Shown here: in pieces, positions 5,541 through 6,324 of the stretch
Layout: each line of letters opens with the position of its first letter
Position numbering within the stretch: position 1 is the first letter of the stretch
Origin: a virus
Reading direction: 5' to 3' (one strand)
DNA length: 6,324 nt
Virus record (IMG/VR): IMGVR_UViG_3300020041_000054
Span: 1-6,324 of that record
Position numbers and translations under genes: made by a program
The notes under the pieces: model-generated
What the model was told of the DNA's origin: nothing
What the model saw: the letters and a program-made list of their open reading frames with translations, nothing else
Databases searched by the model: none

Positions 5541-5578
5541 AAAAAAACAAAACCCGGCGCGTATCACTACGAACCGGG
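5541..5578 (-). terminator. Rho-independent terminator downstream of VP2
   Basis: On the minus strand, the stem CCCGG (5578..5574) pairs with CCGGG (5557..5553). Inside it are a 2x2 internal loop, a 4-bp inner stem (5571-5568 with 5563-5560) and a 4-nt loop. The hairpin is followed immediately by UUUUGUUUUUUU (5552..5541). It starts 24 nt after the VP2 stop codon (TAG, 5604..5602). There is no T-tract on the plus-strand side. Confidence 0.7.
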
Positions 5579-5601
5579 ACAAAAAAAACTACAAACAAAT
5601 A

Positions 5602-6324
5602 CTAACGCTTAGTAGAAATAACCCTATGAGGCAAGAAATTACCTACAGTATTACCAATACTAGTACCATATCCGACCCATTTATCAGCATCATAATACTG
5701 ATACCTTTTCTTTTCATTTCTAGAGCGATACCATTCCTCAATATTCTTGCTTCGAGCATTGTCCTGAGGAAGACCAAGTCTTAGCTCCTCATTATGATAA
5801 GCGGCAGAAGATTGATTAGCCGCAATATTAGCGGCAATTTGAGACTCAGCAATACGAGAGGCAACCTTATTAGAAATATTCTGACCACGCGTACGAGCAG
5901 CTGCCAAAGCTTCTTCAGCTAAAGCCTTTTTAGCTTCAGCATAAGAAAGATAGCCAGAAGACATACGCTGGTAGTAGTCCGCAGCCTTAACGTTCAAATC
6001 AATCTGTTGCTGTTGGTCAAGATACTTATTCATAATACCTTTAGCCTCATTGTCAAGAAGCATACCAGAACGTTGAGCACGCATAATAAGACCTGTCATT
6101 GCCATATTATCAGCTTCCTGTTGCTCCTTAGCATAACCAAGCTGAGCACGCGCCAAACCGGTAGACCTCAAATAATTACGAGTCTCATCAGTAAGTTTAC
6201 CCCAATCAATATCAGAAAGGGTTTCCATAGCTTTAGCATCAGCGAGCTGTCTAGCACCTTGCAATTGAGATTTTTCAGATTGCATCAACTCGTATTGGAA
6301 TATGTTACCAATGGAAGAACCTAT
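5602..6324 (-). CDS. VP2: VP2 minor capsid / DNA pilot protein, C-terminal part; the last 121 nt duplicate window bases 1-121
   Basis: The tracked ORF 5602..6288 stays open to the window edge. 6324 is the first base of a codon, and the frame matches the 487..1 segment after subtracting 6203. The C-terminal region is long, Ala/Gln-rich and probably helical (AEEALAAARTRGQNISNKVASRIAESQIAANIAANQ), as in other microvirus pilot proteins. Confidence 0.85.
   Translation of the reverse strand: MGSSIGNIFQYELMQSEKSQLQGARQLADAKAMETLSDIDWGKLTDETRNYLRSTGLARAQLGYAKEQQEADNMAMTGLIMRAQRSGMLLDNEAKGIMNKYLDQQQQIDLNVKAADYYQRMSSGYLSYAEAKKALAEEALAAARTRGQNISNKVASRIAESQIAANIAANQSSAAYHNEELRLGLPQDNARSKNIEEWYRSRNEKKRYQYYDADKWVGYGTSIGNTVGNFLPHRVISTKR
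6204..6324. repeat. Terminal direct repeat, copy 2 of 2; duplicate of bases 1-121
   Basis: Exact 121-nt identity with the start of the window. Base 6203, the last before the repeat, is the last unique base of the circle. Confidence 0.95.

Noticed and set aside
5231-5550. AAAAAACAA direct repeats (5231-5239 and 5542-5550) flanking the GC-rich element, which could be a target-site duplication of an insertion
   Set aside because: A third copy occurs at 5198-5206 and similar A-runs at 5580-5589, so this is low-complexity sequence. I could find no terminal inverted repeats at the element's ends. An insertion origin is not excluded, but these repeats do not support it.
5524-5784. 86-aa plus-strand ORF spanning the terminator region and the 3' end of VP2
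   Set aside because: It begins inside the structured noncoding element, reads through the terminator hairpin and then runs antisense to VP2. The Lys/Asn/Thr-rich then Ile/Phe-rich translation looks compositional.

Overview
The window is a complete, circularly permuted genome of a small ssDNA phage of the family Microviridae. Its capsid and replication proteins look Alpavirinae-like, the lineage associated with Bacteroidetes. Bases 1-121 are identical to 6204-6324, so the unit genome is 6,203 nt and the window closes on itself. All convincing genes are on the minus strand and form one compact unit. In transcription order: Bacteroidetes-type promoter (5207-5175), 57-aa ORF, 29-aa transmembrane peptide, 102-aa M15 zinc peptidase, VP4 rolling-circle Rep, VP1 major capsid protein, acidic VP3-like protein, VP2 pilot protein (crosses the window junction), intrinsic terminator (5578-5541). 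Gene junctions are tight (ATGA and TAATG overlaps) and no start codon has a Shine-Dalgarno motif. What the genes do not explain is a roughly 300-nt stretch (about 5243-5540). It is ORF-free, much more GC-rich than its surroundings, full of perfect helices, and lies between the terminator and the promoter, outside the mRNA. It is the best candidate for something undescribed: a complementary-strand origin, a structured ncRNA or an attachment region. Secondary points of interest are a possible two-component lysis cassette (TM peptide plus M15 peptidase), which is atypical for microviruses, a 10-nt tandem duplication that splits an ORF, and hydrophobic +1-frame ORFs overprinted on VP4. I saw no tRNA, rRNA, CRISPR array, integrase or transposase.
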